This document shows, piece after piece, positions 1 to 16,200 of a DNA stretch of 64,000 bases. Source of the stretch: Balanoglossus misakiensis (Eukaryota; Animalia; Hemichordata); the NCBI GenBank assembly GCA_040954595.2, contig CM082598.2, forward strand, positions 2,983,154 through 3,047,153. The letters run 5' to 3'. How positions within the stretch are numbered: position 1 is the first letter of the stretch; every line of letters starts with the position of its first letter. The notes under the pieces are model-generated. The model was not told the DNA's origin, searched no databases, and saw nothing but the letters and a program-made list of their open reading frames with translations. The translations under genes and the position numbers were made by a program.

Positions 1-451
1 TGTAGTTTTTTAATTTTTTGAAAATGCTGTCTCTCTCATCGCAAACCAGAGCACTGTTGATTTAGCTTAGTTGATTCAATCTAAATTCCTGTTTTCATCC
101 ATCATAATATTATTCGTGTACAGAAATATGACAAACAAGAGGACGATACAATGAATTTAAAGTTACATATAAATATGTAGTGAAATACATGTTGACACTT
201 GGGCATTTGTGGTTGTATGGGTCAATCTCCAAACATCTCATAATTTTTTGGACACGATAAATGAAGCACATTTAATAACACAAGCTGCTATTCCACCGCT
301 TCAAGTGAGATTCTGTTATTTTAAGGAAATAAAGTGTTGCAATAATACCATAGTGTTGAGTTTTTGTGAGCTTTATCAGGCTGTTGCGTGTGTGTGTGTG
401 TGTGTGATTTTGGAATGGGTACTTCCACTTGTGACTTTGCTGATGCCGTAC

Positions 452-538
452 CTGAGTTGACCGGTTGCTAGGGAGTACGCCAGTATCCTTTCTTTCCAGA
501 TATCCCATAATTTCCGTCTTGTCACCTGATGATGTCAT
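452..538 (-). CDS. Possible first coding exon of a gene continuing left of the window (MTSSGDKTEIMGYLERKDTGVLPSNRSTQ); start resembles a PH-domain beta1 strand
   Basis: Acceptor-like tract CTTCTTTCAG ending at 611, ATG at 538, phase-0 donor CAG|GTACGG at 452. IMGYLERK resembles the PH-domain 'GYL.K' start. No downstream exons visible. Confidence 0.3.
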
Positions 539-1610
539 CACCGGCCAATCACGTCGTGGATTTAACTCGCAGTAGGTAATGAGACCCTCTGTTTGTGCTG
601 ACCTTCAAATCTGAAAGAAGACAATGCAAGTGACCAGGGAGTGTACAGTCGAAAATCAAGTTTTAGCAGAAAACCTCGCACATGGAAATTAATACAGACA
701 TTTATGAGTTACACTTTATATCAGACAAAAGGCACAACACACATGTACATGTAAACAGAACTGATATGTCGTGGTCAAACCAACCAAGTGCATTGGCAAA
801 TTTCATTGATATGCTAGGGTTGAACGAAATATAATCACCCACAAATATCTGACACACAGTCTGCCAGAAAATAAAAAGATAGAACAGCCAAGACTTTGAG
901 ACTAAATTGTCTTTAATAGTTGGTACACATCACATTATTGCAAACTTAAAGTTACAAAACACATAATAGAAGTCACTCTTGTTTTTGCTCAGAATCTACA
1001 AATATCTTTCTATACAATGTTCTGGTTTTGTTTCTCACTGTACATAATATATAATTGTCATAAACAGTCACAATGCACCCATTTACTTTTCGTGGCAGGA
1101 CACACACATTGATTCGTCCAAAATTTTACAATAATGTTTCATTGGCTGCATTGTCACATTTGCTATATAACTAAAAGCCTTGTCTATGTCACTAAAAATT
1201 CTACCTCTAACTGCATTGATTCTCAGGAAATTTGCACGAGATAATAATAACTTACACAGTTTTACACAGAGGAGTTTACCTCAATAGAAACCCAGAATTT
1301 GAACGCACCATTGTAAAAACAAAACCATGTGTGAAAACCAGCCATAGAAATACAGACATTCCTATGAACACCTTTATTTGTATGGTCGATCATCAGTTGA
1401 CTAATCCTGTGTCTATTTTCCATAGAACACTGCAGTAGTCTGTATGTGACGTTTTATTCCAGAGTAGGCCTATTGTGAATTCACAATTTCCTAAACTTCA
1501 ACATTTTACGATAAATATACAATTTCCATCCTCTATTCTACATTCTGAGACGGCACAGGTGAGAATTAGCCTGAGTGCCGGTTTTTTTTTCCTACAACCA
1601 TTCTGTGATT

Positions 1611-4800
<3,190 letters not shown>

Positions 4801-5504
4801 TTTGATTTCTTATTTGTTGGTAAATCACGGAGAAAAATTCAATTTAATATCAGGAATCCCTTCGCCTCGGTCCAGCAATATCGACATGTAAGATGGCTGA
4901 TAGTCACATGACAATCTGCACTGGGTATGTCCCATTCATACAATAGGGTGGAGGGTTCGGTTACAAAACGTAAACGCGAAAGATAGGTCCACAACAATGT
5001 CCGTATCAATATAAAACGCATGTAAATAGATTTCGATATTGATAAACACACACTAGAATGTTATTTTCTCTTATATGATATATATTATATAGCAGCATCT
5101 ATAGTGAATCCTGGGTTCTCGCTAGATTAATTCAGTCGCCCAGAGTTTATGTCACCTGATCAGTACAGTATAACCCCTGACCTGGACAATCATCGACAAA
5201 GCTTTAGACTATAATTCAGACTGAAATATGACAACGAATCCGTGTGCCCAGGCCCTTTTCAGTTATTTTTAATTTTGAGTAATTTCTCATAAATGCATGT
5301 TTTAAAATCTTAACAAGACTATCCTGAAAGGTAAAGCTAGTAACACCGCATTTGCGACTTTTCAAAGGCAAAATACTTAAATCCGAAAACGAATCGAAAT
5401 ACGAAAATACTTGTAATTCGCGTGGCGGGGCATTCGAGGACAAAAAAAGGTCTCCTGTCATCCGCTGGAGGTTCTATCCACTTCTTTTCGCGATTTCAGG
5501 AACC
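4801..5504. promoter_or_regulatory. Probable bidirectional promoter of ATP6V1E1 and NUP37
   Basis: Divergent start codons at 4800 (-) and 5505 (+), about 700 bp apart; locally CpG-enriched. Confidence 0.6.
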
Positions 5505-5777
5505 ATGTTCGAGAAAACTAAAAGCGGAGGCATCACGTACACCTTTGATACGCCAGACACGGTAACAACGGTAGAATTCTGCCCGTTTGAACAGTTTGCC
5601 CAGCTGATCGCTTACGGAGACTGCTTGAGAGTTTCTGTCGGATTGTGTCGATTCCAGGTAAGATTTCATCGCTTGAATTTGTGTGTTGTTCATGATCTGT
5701 TTGTGGTGGTGGTGGTGGTGGTGACGATGATGATGATGATGATGACGATGACGATGACGATGATGATGATGATGATG

Positions 5778-5841
<64 letters not shown>

Positions 5842-5942
5842 CAGGTGATGGTGGTGGTACGCAATAAAGGATTATTTTCAAAAGTCAAAAAAGTCATCAT
5901 CATCATCATCACATCATCACTCATCATCATCATCATCATCGA

Positions 5943-5988
<46 letters not shown>

Positions 5989-6012
5989 GACATCATCATC
6001 ATCATCATCATT

Positions 6013-6043
<31 letters not shown>

Positions 6044-8632
6044 CCACCACCACCACCACCTATCACCCCTATCCCTGTTCAGTGACCATGTCGTCAATGT
6101 TCATACATGTATGTAAATCCTTCATCTCCCTTTTTTCAGGAAGAAGACCCAGATATCGATGGTTTTGAATTTCAACATCTGCGAGATTTCCACCACGGCA
6201 CCAGAGTCACCAGAATAGCCTGGAGCCCAGACACATCTCTTGCAGCTTTACCAAGACAAGTCAAGTAAGTTCCAAATACATGTACTATTCTCAAATTTCA
6301 TAATCACAAAAAATAGCATTCCATGAACACTGAAAAACTGAAATACCCAACAGTGAGGTTCCTCATACATTTGTGGCCAGATCCACCATGTACAGTACAG
6401 TACAGTACAGTACGGTACGGTACAGTACAGTACAGTACGGTACAACTCAGTACAGTACAACTCAGTACAGTACAGTACAGTACAGTACAGTACAGTACAG
6501 TGTTCTTTTCTGTTTAGTTAACATTGTGCGTAGTAACAACAGCTTGGCCCAGTTGTCTCTGCAGCTTGTGCTGTTGTTTTATGTAGTCTTTACTATTGTA
6601 TGCTAATGAAGTGCTGGCACTGAGTTAGCCCAGAGCTGATACAATTGGAAACTTACCGGTGATCTGTTCTGTACGTTGCCAGGTAGAAATAAACTAGTGT
6701 CTATTGGTAATAATGCAGCAAGGTCTCAAATTGCCAGCAATGGGTGTAAGTGGATAATTCCTGTCTGGAAATTTTGTCAGGCGATCAAGATTTTCTGTGA
6801 AAGCAGTACTTTTTCGCTCAACCTGTAATTCTTTTTCCTTCACAGATTTTGTACGGCGGGGGCTGATAGTAAACTCAGGCTGTTTTCATCAGATCTGAAA
6901 AGCGAAGACACAGTTACGGTAAAATCACAACCATTTAATTTATAGATGAATAGCAATCACAAACATTATTCAGTCTGCAGATTGTTGCTGATCGCAAAGG
7001 TTGGCAACACAATCATCATACATACTCTACACTCTCCTCAGAACAATCTGCAATTTTTCCCTTAGAAAACCAGACAGTAATGGGACTAAATGAATTGTTC
7101 AGTTTGGGTGATTTGTGCATAGAGTTTCTAAGCCACCATTTTCTAACTTAGATGATGTTTTGAATACAGGTACTGGATGGCCACACAAGTTATGTAAATG
7201 ATGTTGTCTTTGAGCCAATCCAGGGACAAGAAATTGCCAGTGTCAGTGATGACCATACCTGTCGCGTCTGGGACTTGGACGGACTGCAGAGGGCGTGCTT
7301 CCCACTCTACTCACCGGGGATGTCCGTCTGTTGGCATCCGGACGAACCAGCCAAGGTCGGTGAAGTCACAGTGACCTGCAAACAAAGCATTGTTATAAAG
7401 TTCAGTGCTTATCACGGTACCAGTTGTAGCATAGCTCATAAATTACAGTACCCCCGTTCGGTTCAAAAAGCTTAACCTTTACCATCTTGTTTGTTTACAC
7501 TGTGTCCGGACTTCTTGCTAACTGGTATAGGGACCCAACCATAAAAGGAAATGAGACATTTCAAGTAGTTGTTTTTTCCAAATAGAAAAAAAGTCTGTGA
7601 CTTTGGCATTCAATACAATTTACTACATTCGTAGAGTTTTATCTTAGTCAGAGAACATCCATTTATCTTGTAAATATGTAAATGTTAACTAGAGCATTTT
7701 AAGGCTTCAGTTGAATTTGTCGGTCAACTTTGGTCTGTAAAATGAAGAAAAGACATCATCTTTTCTGTCGTAGTGTTTTAGGTTTTTATCACAGATATAT
7801 CAGGAAATTGCACTTTGAATCACTTCCCAACTTAGATTTAACTATTTTCTGACTTTTCAGCTCATGGTGGCCGAAAAGAAAGGTACCATACGGTTTTATG
7901 ACCTGACCACACAACAGCCAATCATGTCGCTGGATACAGGTCACGTGACGTTGATGTCAGCTGATATCTGTTACCTAGATCCAGTGCGTGTTGGAGGCAT
8001 TGCCAACGGCAACTGGATGATGTGGGATTCTACAAGGTCAAGGTGAGAAGTGACTAGTTTTTTGAAGCAAAGTGGACAACACATGTCTGGGTGCTAGACT
8101 TGGAGCAATGGAAGTCTCACAAACTTATATGTACCACCACCACCATCATCACACATACCATTCTCTTTACAATTTTTCAGCATTCCACAAGAAAGCAGAC
8201 AAGCTCACAATGAAGGCGGCAGACATTTTCGATGGTCACGTGTCAGTGAGAATTTATTTGCCACCACAGGTCACAATGAGATCAAAGTGTTTCATTTGGG
8301 ACATTCGCAGGTAACGTAATAAAGAGAAAAAAACATTAACTTTCAATCATCATGTAGATTTTATTTGTTAACCCAATGATGAAAATCTTATCAATGTGTC
8401 AAATTCAAATTATCTGCCAAAAATAAACTCTGCATAATTAGCTCATTACATTTATGTGTATTTCTGGAAATGTATTTACTGGATACCAGAAATTCACTGA
8501 CACATCTCATTTCAGGTGCCAGTGTCCAGTTTACTGCCAGTCACTGCAGGGGGTCTAAGCTGGCATGCGTCGTTACCCGTGTGTGCTGTTGGTGGAGATC
8601 GGAAAGTCCATATATGGTGGACAGAAATGTGA
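5505..8632 (+). CDS. NUP37: Nucleoporin Nup37 (WD40 repeat protein, 321 aa, 7 coding exons)
   Basis: Exons 5505-5657, 6140-6264, 6846-6918, 7170-7355, 7861-8042, 8181-8310, 8516-8632; GT-AG introns; total 966 nt. Nup37-typical motifs FHHGTRV..IAWSP, FCTAGADSKLRLF, GHTSYVNDVVFEP, IASVSDDHTCRVWD, SVCWHP.EP.KLMVAEKKGTIRFYD, GLSWH..LPVCAVGGDRK. Confidence 0.93.
5703..6060. repeat. Inverted trinucleotide microsatellite pair (GTG)n(ATG)n ... (CAT)n(CAC)n in NUP37 intron 1
   Basis: Left arm ~5703-5840 and right arm ~5894-6060 are reverse complements, including the terminal GTG/CAC blocks. Confidence 0.9.
6390..6500. repeat. (CAGTA)n pentanucleotide microsatellite in NUP37 intron 2
   Basis: About 20 tandem CAGTA/CGGTA units. 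Confidence 0.95.
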
Positions 8633-9192
8633 AAGTAACTATGGACAGTGACAATGAGTCAATGTTACGGACATTCTGAGGAACATCTGGAGAGCTGTTC
8701 TTTTGCAGTTCTGAAATGCAGATTTTCTAAGTCTGTGTGGAATTTTTTTTTTTTTACAATATACACACACTCGGTTGAAATTGACCAGTAACTGGGAAAA
8801 GATCATTACAGTTTTGAAATCAATACTAGTATGTCAACATGTTTTTATCAGGCGAGGGTTTTTACACCCCTTGGTAATCATTCAAAAGTTTGTCAACTTT
8901 GCATGTGGCTATTTGGTCCTGGCACATGCAACTTTGGTGCCGGTCTTTGCTGAAGTCCAGCTACCGGTAGAAAGAATAACTAAACATGTTTACTTCTAAT
9001 GCTAAAAGTTCTTCTGTAATTCCCGTCTATTCACGTTAACATGTTACAGCACTTACAGAGAATGCCATTAAAAGTGCAAATACTGAGGGAATTTCATCTG
9101 TCTCCTACTTTTTTGAAAGGATATTTATATCCTTTTCTGTGTGTCTGGTAGACCCATAGACAGTATGATGGGCCTGCATGTATTAAGATTAA

Positions 9193-9277
9193 CCCTTTCA
9201 CCCCCAGTTCCCTCTTTAGAAGTCCAACCTTACCACAGAAAATAATAGGTTTGGACTGAACCATGGTGGGGAAAGGG
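9193..9277. mobile_element. ~85-bp MITE with CCCTTTC TIRs and TTAA target duplication (piggyBac-like termini), family copy 1
   Basis: TTAA|CCCTTTCACCCCCAG...GGTGGGGAAAGGG|TTAA; related copies at ~30225, ~47796 and ~49067. Confidence 0.7.
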
Positions 9278-10203
9278 TTAATAGAAATAAAACAATAAGT
9301 TATAAAATAATTCCGAATATTCTGACAATTTAAAGCTCTATAGAACACAATTTAGTGTTAACAAACTTAGAGTCTCTTATACATTATCCAGGGTATGGTA
9401 GTTTTAACTGAAAGCAGTTCATAAATTCTAGAACGTGTCACTGAATGTACTCAAAAAAATATAATACATGACATAAAAATCTGTGAAAATAAAAGTCTGG
9501 AAAAATACAATGCGTTATATACATTTATATACAGTTTACAAAAATGTTCAAAAACGTCTCAAATAAATGAAAATAGGTAAAGTTCACTCAAGAAAAATAC
9601 TTTACATTATTGTACAGTTATATACACGGTATGAAAGTGTTCAAAAACGCCTAACCAAAAAATAAATGAAAATAAAAGCAAAGGTAATGATAATGAAGAC
9701 TTATTCATTATCATATACAACCCTGTTTGTTTTCTAAATGTCAAATTGTCAAGTATTTTTGTTCTGTGTGTTAACTGCGGTTTCTTGTTTGACTCTGGGA
9801 AGCCTGATATGAAATGCCCAGTATTTAGCATATCAAACAAGCCTAGTAAAATCAACATTGTTTATATTGTTGAATGTAGAATTGAAGTTGTAACTGAATG
9901 TTGCTGCGATACATATATGCAGGCTATGTTTTTGCCTTGGTCTCCATAACCGCTGTGTTTTAGATAGACTCACACACAGTTTGTTTTATCTAAAACACAC
10001 TGGGTATGGAGACCAGGCCAGCTATGTTTAAGCACATTAGCATTGTCTGGAGAGTAGAAGAAATTGCAGTTAGCACACACAACAAAATTAAAAGTAAAAC
10101 AGCTAAGGTATACTGCCGATGCACCGACCGGTACTTGTAAATAACAACACTAGCTTCTTCTCTGTTTTGGCATTGTTTTCTGTTTGAGGTCAGAGTTCTA
10201 AAG

Positions 10204-13200
10204 TCAAGTTGCGTCATCACATGAGATGAAATGAATTGTGATGTTGTTGCCTTTCAAACACAGACTAGGTCTATCATTTATGCAGCAACTCTCATCCATG
10301 TTGAAACATTCTGCTGTGACAGTCAGTGCACTTTTCACTAAATTTATGTTTTTACGTTTCAGTGTATTTCTGTGCTCTATCTTAAGGGGACTTGCACGAC
10401 ATTTGTCTGCCTGTGTTATACCGGCAATCATTGAGGGAACACTGTTCTGCAGATCACAATCTTTGAACTCAACTGTTTCTACCAACTCAAAGGTGAACAA
10501 CTCTGCCCACTTGTCTGCAGAAGAATCATCATGTGACGCTGTTTTTCCGCCAACAATGATGACTTTGGTCAGACTTGTCAGACCAGCAACACACTTGCAT
10601 ACATTCTCTATGGTAAACACCCGTGTCTGACATTCAAGAGTTCTTCGTAATTCAATGCCAGGATATTTCATTCTCAGTGACTTCAGCTCGCTGATGTTTG
10701 ACAAAGCATGGCACACTTGAGTGTATAATCTAGTCAGAGCATCATTGTCTTCTATTAAGTCAGACTCCAACTCATCATCATCATACGTAAACACAACATT
10801 TGATGAATAATCCAGAAAAAATTTGAGTTTGAAGATTTTTGAGGAGTTGGCGTACTTTCCCTTTACAAATACTTTTCTGTGTTTAAACACCAATTCATGA
10901 ATGCTCATACCATCTGTGACAAATTGCTCAATTCTCTGTGACACAATATCAGTGTTCAAATCCTTCAAAAATGCCATGAGAACAGTTTCAACATATTGAT
11001 ATCCTCGTAATTTATCGAGAATTGATTTTGCCTCTTCATGGCCAAAGGGTTCTGCAGATTCAAACACATGATATTGAACTTTCCTAACATTTACTGCTGT
11101 TATTTCTTGTAAAAATTCTTCAGTATGATGCCTTCCCATATCATGACATGTGATGTGGTTGAATTCTAGTACATTGAAGCTAACCGATGTGGCTCCTAGC
11201 AGCATGGCCTGTATAGAAGACACAGTATCCTTCTCGCTGAAATCACACTTGGTTGCCATGTTTAGTGTAAGGCTGTCATTATCAACTGATGCACACTCTG
11301 AAAGCACCTGATGCAGACTTGGAAAAACTAAATCCATGAAGGTATTTGTCTGATACCAGAATGTAAACCGTCCAAATATTGCCTGGATAATCAATTTACC
11401 AGCTGTTTCAAGTGGTGGCAAACCATCTCCACAAAATAAAGCAACAACTGATCCAAGAGACTTACTCTGACATAACTGTGAGTGTACAGCTTTTATGATT
11501 TCCATACTATCTATAGGTAATCCCCCCAAAACAAGCTTCTTGGCCGTTATCTGTGACAAAACTTTTAGAAGACCAACCACGCAACTAGTTTCCAAGTCAT
11601 CAAAACCAAAGAAATTCAATACTAGTTCATTGAAGCTATACGATGTGGCTGTTAGCAGAACGGCCTGTATAGAAGACACAGTATCCTTCTCTCTGAAATC
11701 ACACTTGATTACCATGTTTAGTGTAAGGCTGTCATTATTAACTGATGCACACTCTGAAAGCACCTGATACAGACTAGGCAAATCTAAATCCATGAAGGTA
11801 TTTGTCTGATACAAGAATGTAAACCGTCCAAATATTGCCTGGATAATCAATTTACCAGCTGTTTCAAGTGGTGGCAAACCATCTCCACAAAATAAAGCAA
11901 CAACTGATCCAAGAGTCTTACTCTGACACAACTGTGAGTGTATAGCTTTCATGAAATCCGTACTATCTATGGGTAATCCCCCAAAGAAAAGCTGTTTGGC
12001 CGTAATCTGTGACAAAACTTTCAGAAGACCAATCACACCACTGGTTTCCAAGTCATCAAAACCAGAGAAATTCCTCAAATTCAATGATAGTTCATTGAAG
12101 CTAACTGCAGATGTGGCTCTTAGCAGCATGGCCTGTATAGAAGACACAGTATCCTTCTCTCTGAAATCACACTTGATTGCCAATGTAAGGCTTTCCTTGT
12201 CAACTGAAAGCAATTGATACAGACTTGGCAAATCGAAATCCATGAAGGTATTTGTCTGATAACAGAATGTAAACCGTCCAAATATTGCCTGGATAAACAA
12301 TTGACCAGCTATTTCGAGTGGTGTCAAACCATCGCCACAAACTAAAGCCTCAACTGATCCAAGAGTCTTACTCTGACATAGCTGTGAGTGTATAGCTTTC
12401 ATGAAATCCATACTATCTGTAGGTAATCCCCCCAAAACAAGCTTCTTGGTCGTAATCTGTGATAAAACTTTCAGAAGACCAATCACACCACTGGTTTCCA
12501 AGTCATCAAAACCAGAGAAATTCCTCAAATTCAATGTTAGTTCATTGAAGCTAACTGATGTGGCTCTTAGCAGAAAGGCCTGTATAGAAGACACAGTATC
12601 CTTCTGTCTGAAATCACACGTGATTTCCATGTCTAGTGTAAGGCTGTCATTATTAACTGATGCACACTCTGAAAACAATTGATAAAGACTTGTCAAATCT
12701 AAATCCATGAAGGTATTTGGCTGATACTTGAATGTAAACCGTCCAAATATTGCTTGGATAATCAGACTATCAATACAAAATGCAGCATACAATTGTTCAA
12801 CAGACACTCTTTCAGGCAACTGTGAGCATAGATCATCTATGGCACGACCACTGTCAACAAACAACCTTTCAAAGAACTCCACTAACTTTAACTGATCGTC
12901 TTCGGACAATAAACTGTCCCATTGGTGAAAACTCTCCCAGTCAATGTGAATAAATGAAGAAGATGGAAACTTGTCCAAATCCATCAATAAGGCTCTTTCC
13001 ATCATGGGATTTACAGAAATCAACATTTGTCCCAAGTCCAAATAGTCATCACGCTTATTTTTGCTTCCAATATCTTGAAAATTCAGCATCAATCTCGACG
13101 CGGAAAGCAATTGATCCGCATCACCTAGTATATTTGCTTTACACACGGTTGTAAGCTGTCTTAATACTTCTTCGGCATGCAATTCAACACAAAATGTAGC

Positions 13201-16200
13201 CTCAACTGATCCAAGAGACTTACTCTGACATAACTGTGAGTGAACAGCTTCCATACTACCTATAGGTAATCCCTCCAAGACAAGCTTTTTGGCCTTAATG
13301 TGAACCAACTTTTGCACTATACCAATAACACAAGCCTGAACAGTCACAAAGTCTGCATTTGTATGTCCAGAGAAACGTAATGTTACTTTATCAACATCCG
13401 TAATCTTAGTTAGTAGAGCCTGTATGTTAGCTGATTCTTCATTCATTTCTTGAAAATTACAGGTGATATCAATATTCAGGTTAACTTTCTCCCCTGAAGC
13501 CAGCTCTGAGAGCAAACAATGGTGTCTCAGGAAATCAAAATTAAAATCATTCATGTGATAGAGGACTGAAATGTGTCTCCATGCTGCGGTGATTATCAAT
13601 TTATCAATTTTCCCTGATGTTAGACCATCCTCATAAAGTTCAATATTCAGTGACTTTAATGACTTACTGTTTACAAGGTGCCTACGTACAGCTGTAACAA
13701 AGTCTAAGTTGTCACAAAATGGTGTTAAAATGGCAAGATATTCAGCAAAAATGTTTGACAAACTTTCCATGATTTGGCCAATCCGTTGACAAACATTCTC
13801 TAAGTGAAAGACATCATGACCAGAGATAAATTTTACCCTAACATAGTCAAAGTGTAAATCTCTCACAAGTACAGCCTTAACTGTGGACTCAACATCTTTG
13901 TCTCCCAAATCACATGTGATAAAGGCGTCTAATTTTAGTGTTTCATTATGCTCTGATGCATATTTTGAAAGAAGCTGATAAAAACTTAAAAAATCAAAAT
14001 CCAAAATAGCTGTAGTCAACTGGATTTCAGTCTTCCCCAGGGTTGCCAATATCTGTTGCTTGCATTCGCCAAATGTGTACTTGGCAAAATACAGTTTAGC
14101 TTTTTTGACGGATTCATTCACACTGAGTGTTCTGCACACAACTTTAAAAACTTCAGGGTCAATAGGTAATCCTGTATAAATTTCAAGGTTATCAGCAGTA
14201 ATTTCTGATAGGCCCTGGGTTGCATGTTTAATATCAAGTCTATGAAGCTTGGGTACCCTCAAGACAGCCTTGCGAATCCGCACTGATTGGAACCATGAAA
14301 GAGACTCAACACTGTCAGTAGTGACATCATACAGGACTTTTTTCTTCTTGTTAATTTTCAGTGCATCTAAACATTTTCTGCACATTTCTTGTGTAGCAGG
14401 ATTTGGTGCAGAAATCATGAATTCAACCCATTTAGAATTGATATTCGAACATTTCAGCAGTGATGCATTTATGTCAAGTATATTATTATTGGCCATTTTA
14501 TCAAAGTCTATTGTGAGACTATCAGGTAAGAAACTAGCATGAAGGTCAGTGATTTGTTGTGGGTCAATACAACTTTCATACAATATTTCTCTAACATCAG
14601 TACATGCTTCGTGATGAAATCCTTTTCCCCTCCAATTTTCAAAGATTTCACTGACACTATCTTTTAGCTGACCTCCAAGGAAGGCCAAACAAACTGAGTA
14701 GTTGGGATTGCTAGGGTTGAAAACATTGATAGTGTCTGCAAATTTTGGCGGATCTGTCAATCGAATATCAGCTATGTACAAGGAAGCAAAATACTCTTGA
14801 AAGGTTAAATGATAGAATGAATAGGTAGGTGGAAGTGAAGATGTTTTAGTCAGGAAACCCAATTTTAATATGTGCCTTGATTTTGAAATGTCTTCTTCAC
14901 TGAAAACAAATCTATACTGACTATCCATTAATGCCTCACATGACACTTTGCCTAACATGAGCAATGCTTGCTTTATTTCAGAGCTGTCTGGCCTGATATC
15001 ACTATCTTGCTTGTCAGTACAGTACCTTTGAATGATGTAATCAACAATTGCTTTATAAAGTTGAGTAATTGTGTGTGGAAGTTGCTTTGTATGTAGCCAA
15101 ATATGAAATAACATTAAGGTATTCAAGGGACTCTGCATAAAATGCAACAATGTCCTGCAGTGGGAAGATTTTTCCAGTTCTTGCATAAAATGTGCAGGTG
15201 TTGATGATGTCAAATATTCACCCTGTGAAGCTGTTGCTTTGACATATTTCTCAATAAAAGCCATTGCTTTCTCTTTGTCATCAAATCCCTTTACTAATAG
15301 CTGTAAGTCATACATTTGCTTACGGTTCTCGTCCCTAATTTTCCGAGATGTTACTATAACTGGACAATCAGGCAGAAATGGTAGATTTTGTTGGACCATT
15401 TTCTTGAAATATCCTGGAAGTTCTTTAGCTGGGACTTCATCAAGCCCATCAAAGACAAAACACACTTGTGACTGATTGCTTTCAATAAAACTCCATATCT
15501 CATCTTTTTCTTTGACACCTTGTAACACTGATGAAAAAATGACATCTTTGAGACTTTGTTGACATTCATTTTCTTTGTACATTTCATAGAGATCTTTCAA
15601 TTCAAATAGAAACAATAGTTTGAATTGTTTTAACCCCTCTATATTTGACTTTGCCCAATCCGACGCTAACTTTTTACAAAAAGTTGATTTACCATACCCT
15701 GGATCACCTTCTATTAATATTCGTCTGGCACCAGAAGATGAAAAGATTTCTTCTCTTGAAAAGTTCTGCGTTGTTCCGTGTTTGGTTTGTAGCTCCAGTT
15801 CAATGTAGATCTCATCAAGTTCAAGTCTGCTGTCAGCTCCATCCAATCCTTGAAATGCCGGAATATGAGATAACCTTTTGTAGTAGGCTTTCAGTTTTTC
15901 CTGAGATTTTGCAACAATATCTACAATATTAAAAAAAATAAAAGCAAATTTTAAAAACCTGTGAATAGATGGGTTGTGCTAGTCTGTTCTCAAAACAAAG
16001 ACAATCATTTTGACAATTAAGCAAAGTGAAACTATGCACACAAAAAAACTTTTGAAATTAAAGTGAGTTAACAACTCTTACTGTAATAATTTATATTGTT
16101 TTAGAATTTTGTGAAATGAAATATTCACCCAGCAAGCCACACACACACGCACACGCACACGCACACGCACACACACACACATACATACATACATACATAA

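Noticed and set aside
5690-6606. Poly-His/Met/Ile and (STVQY)n ORFs in the ORF track
   Set aside because: They are translations of intronic microsatellites in NUP37.
11165-12759. Regularly spaced repeats as a CRISPR-like array
   Set aside because: The DNA is eukaryotic and the units are 450-465 nt in-frame coding repeats with no spacers.
10238-15932. Several + strand ORFs, some repeated, overlapping the NLR
   Set aside because: They are antisense shadows of the long NLR exon and its repeats.
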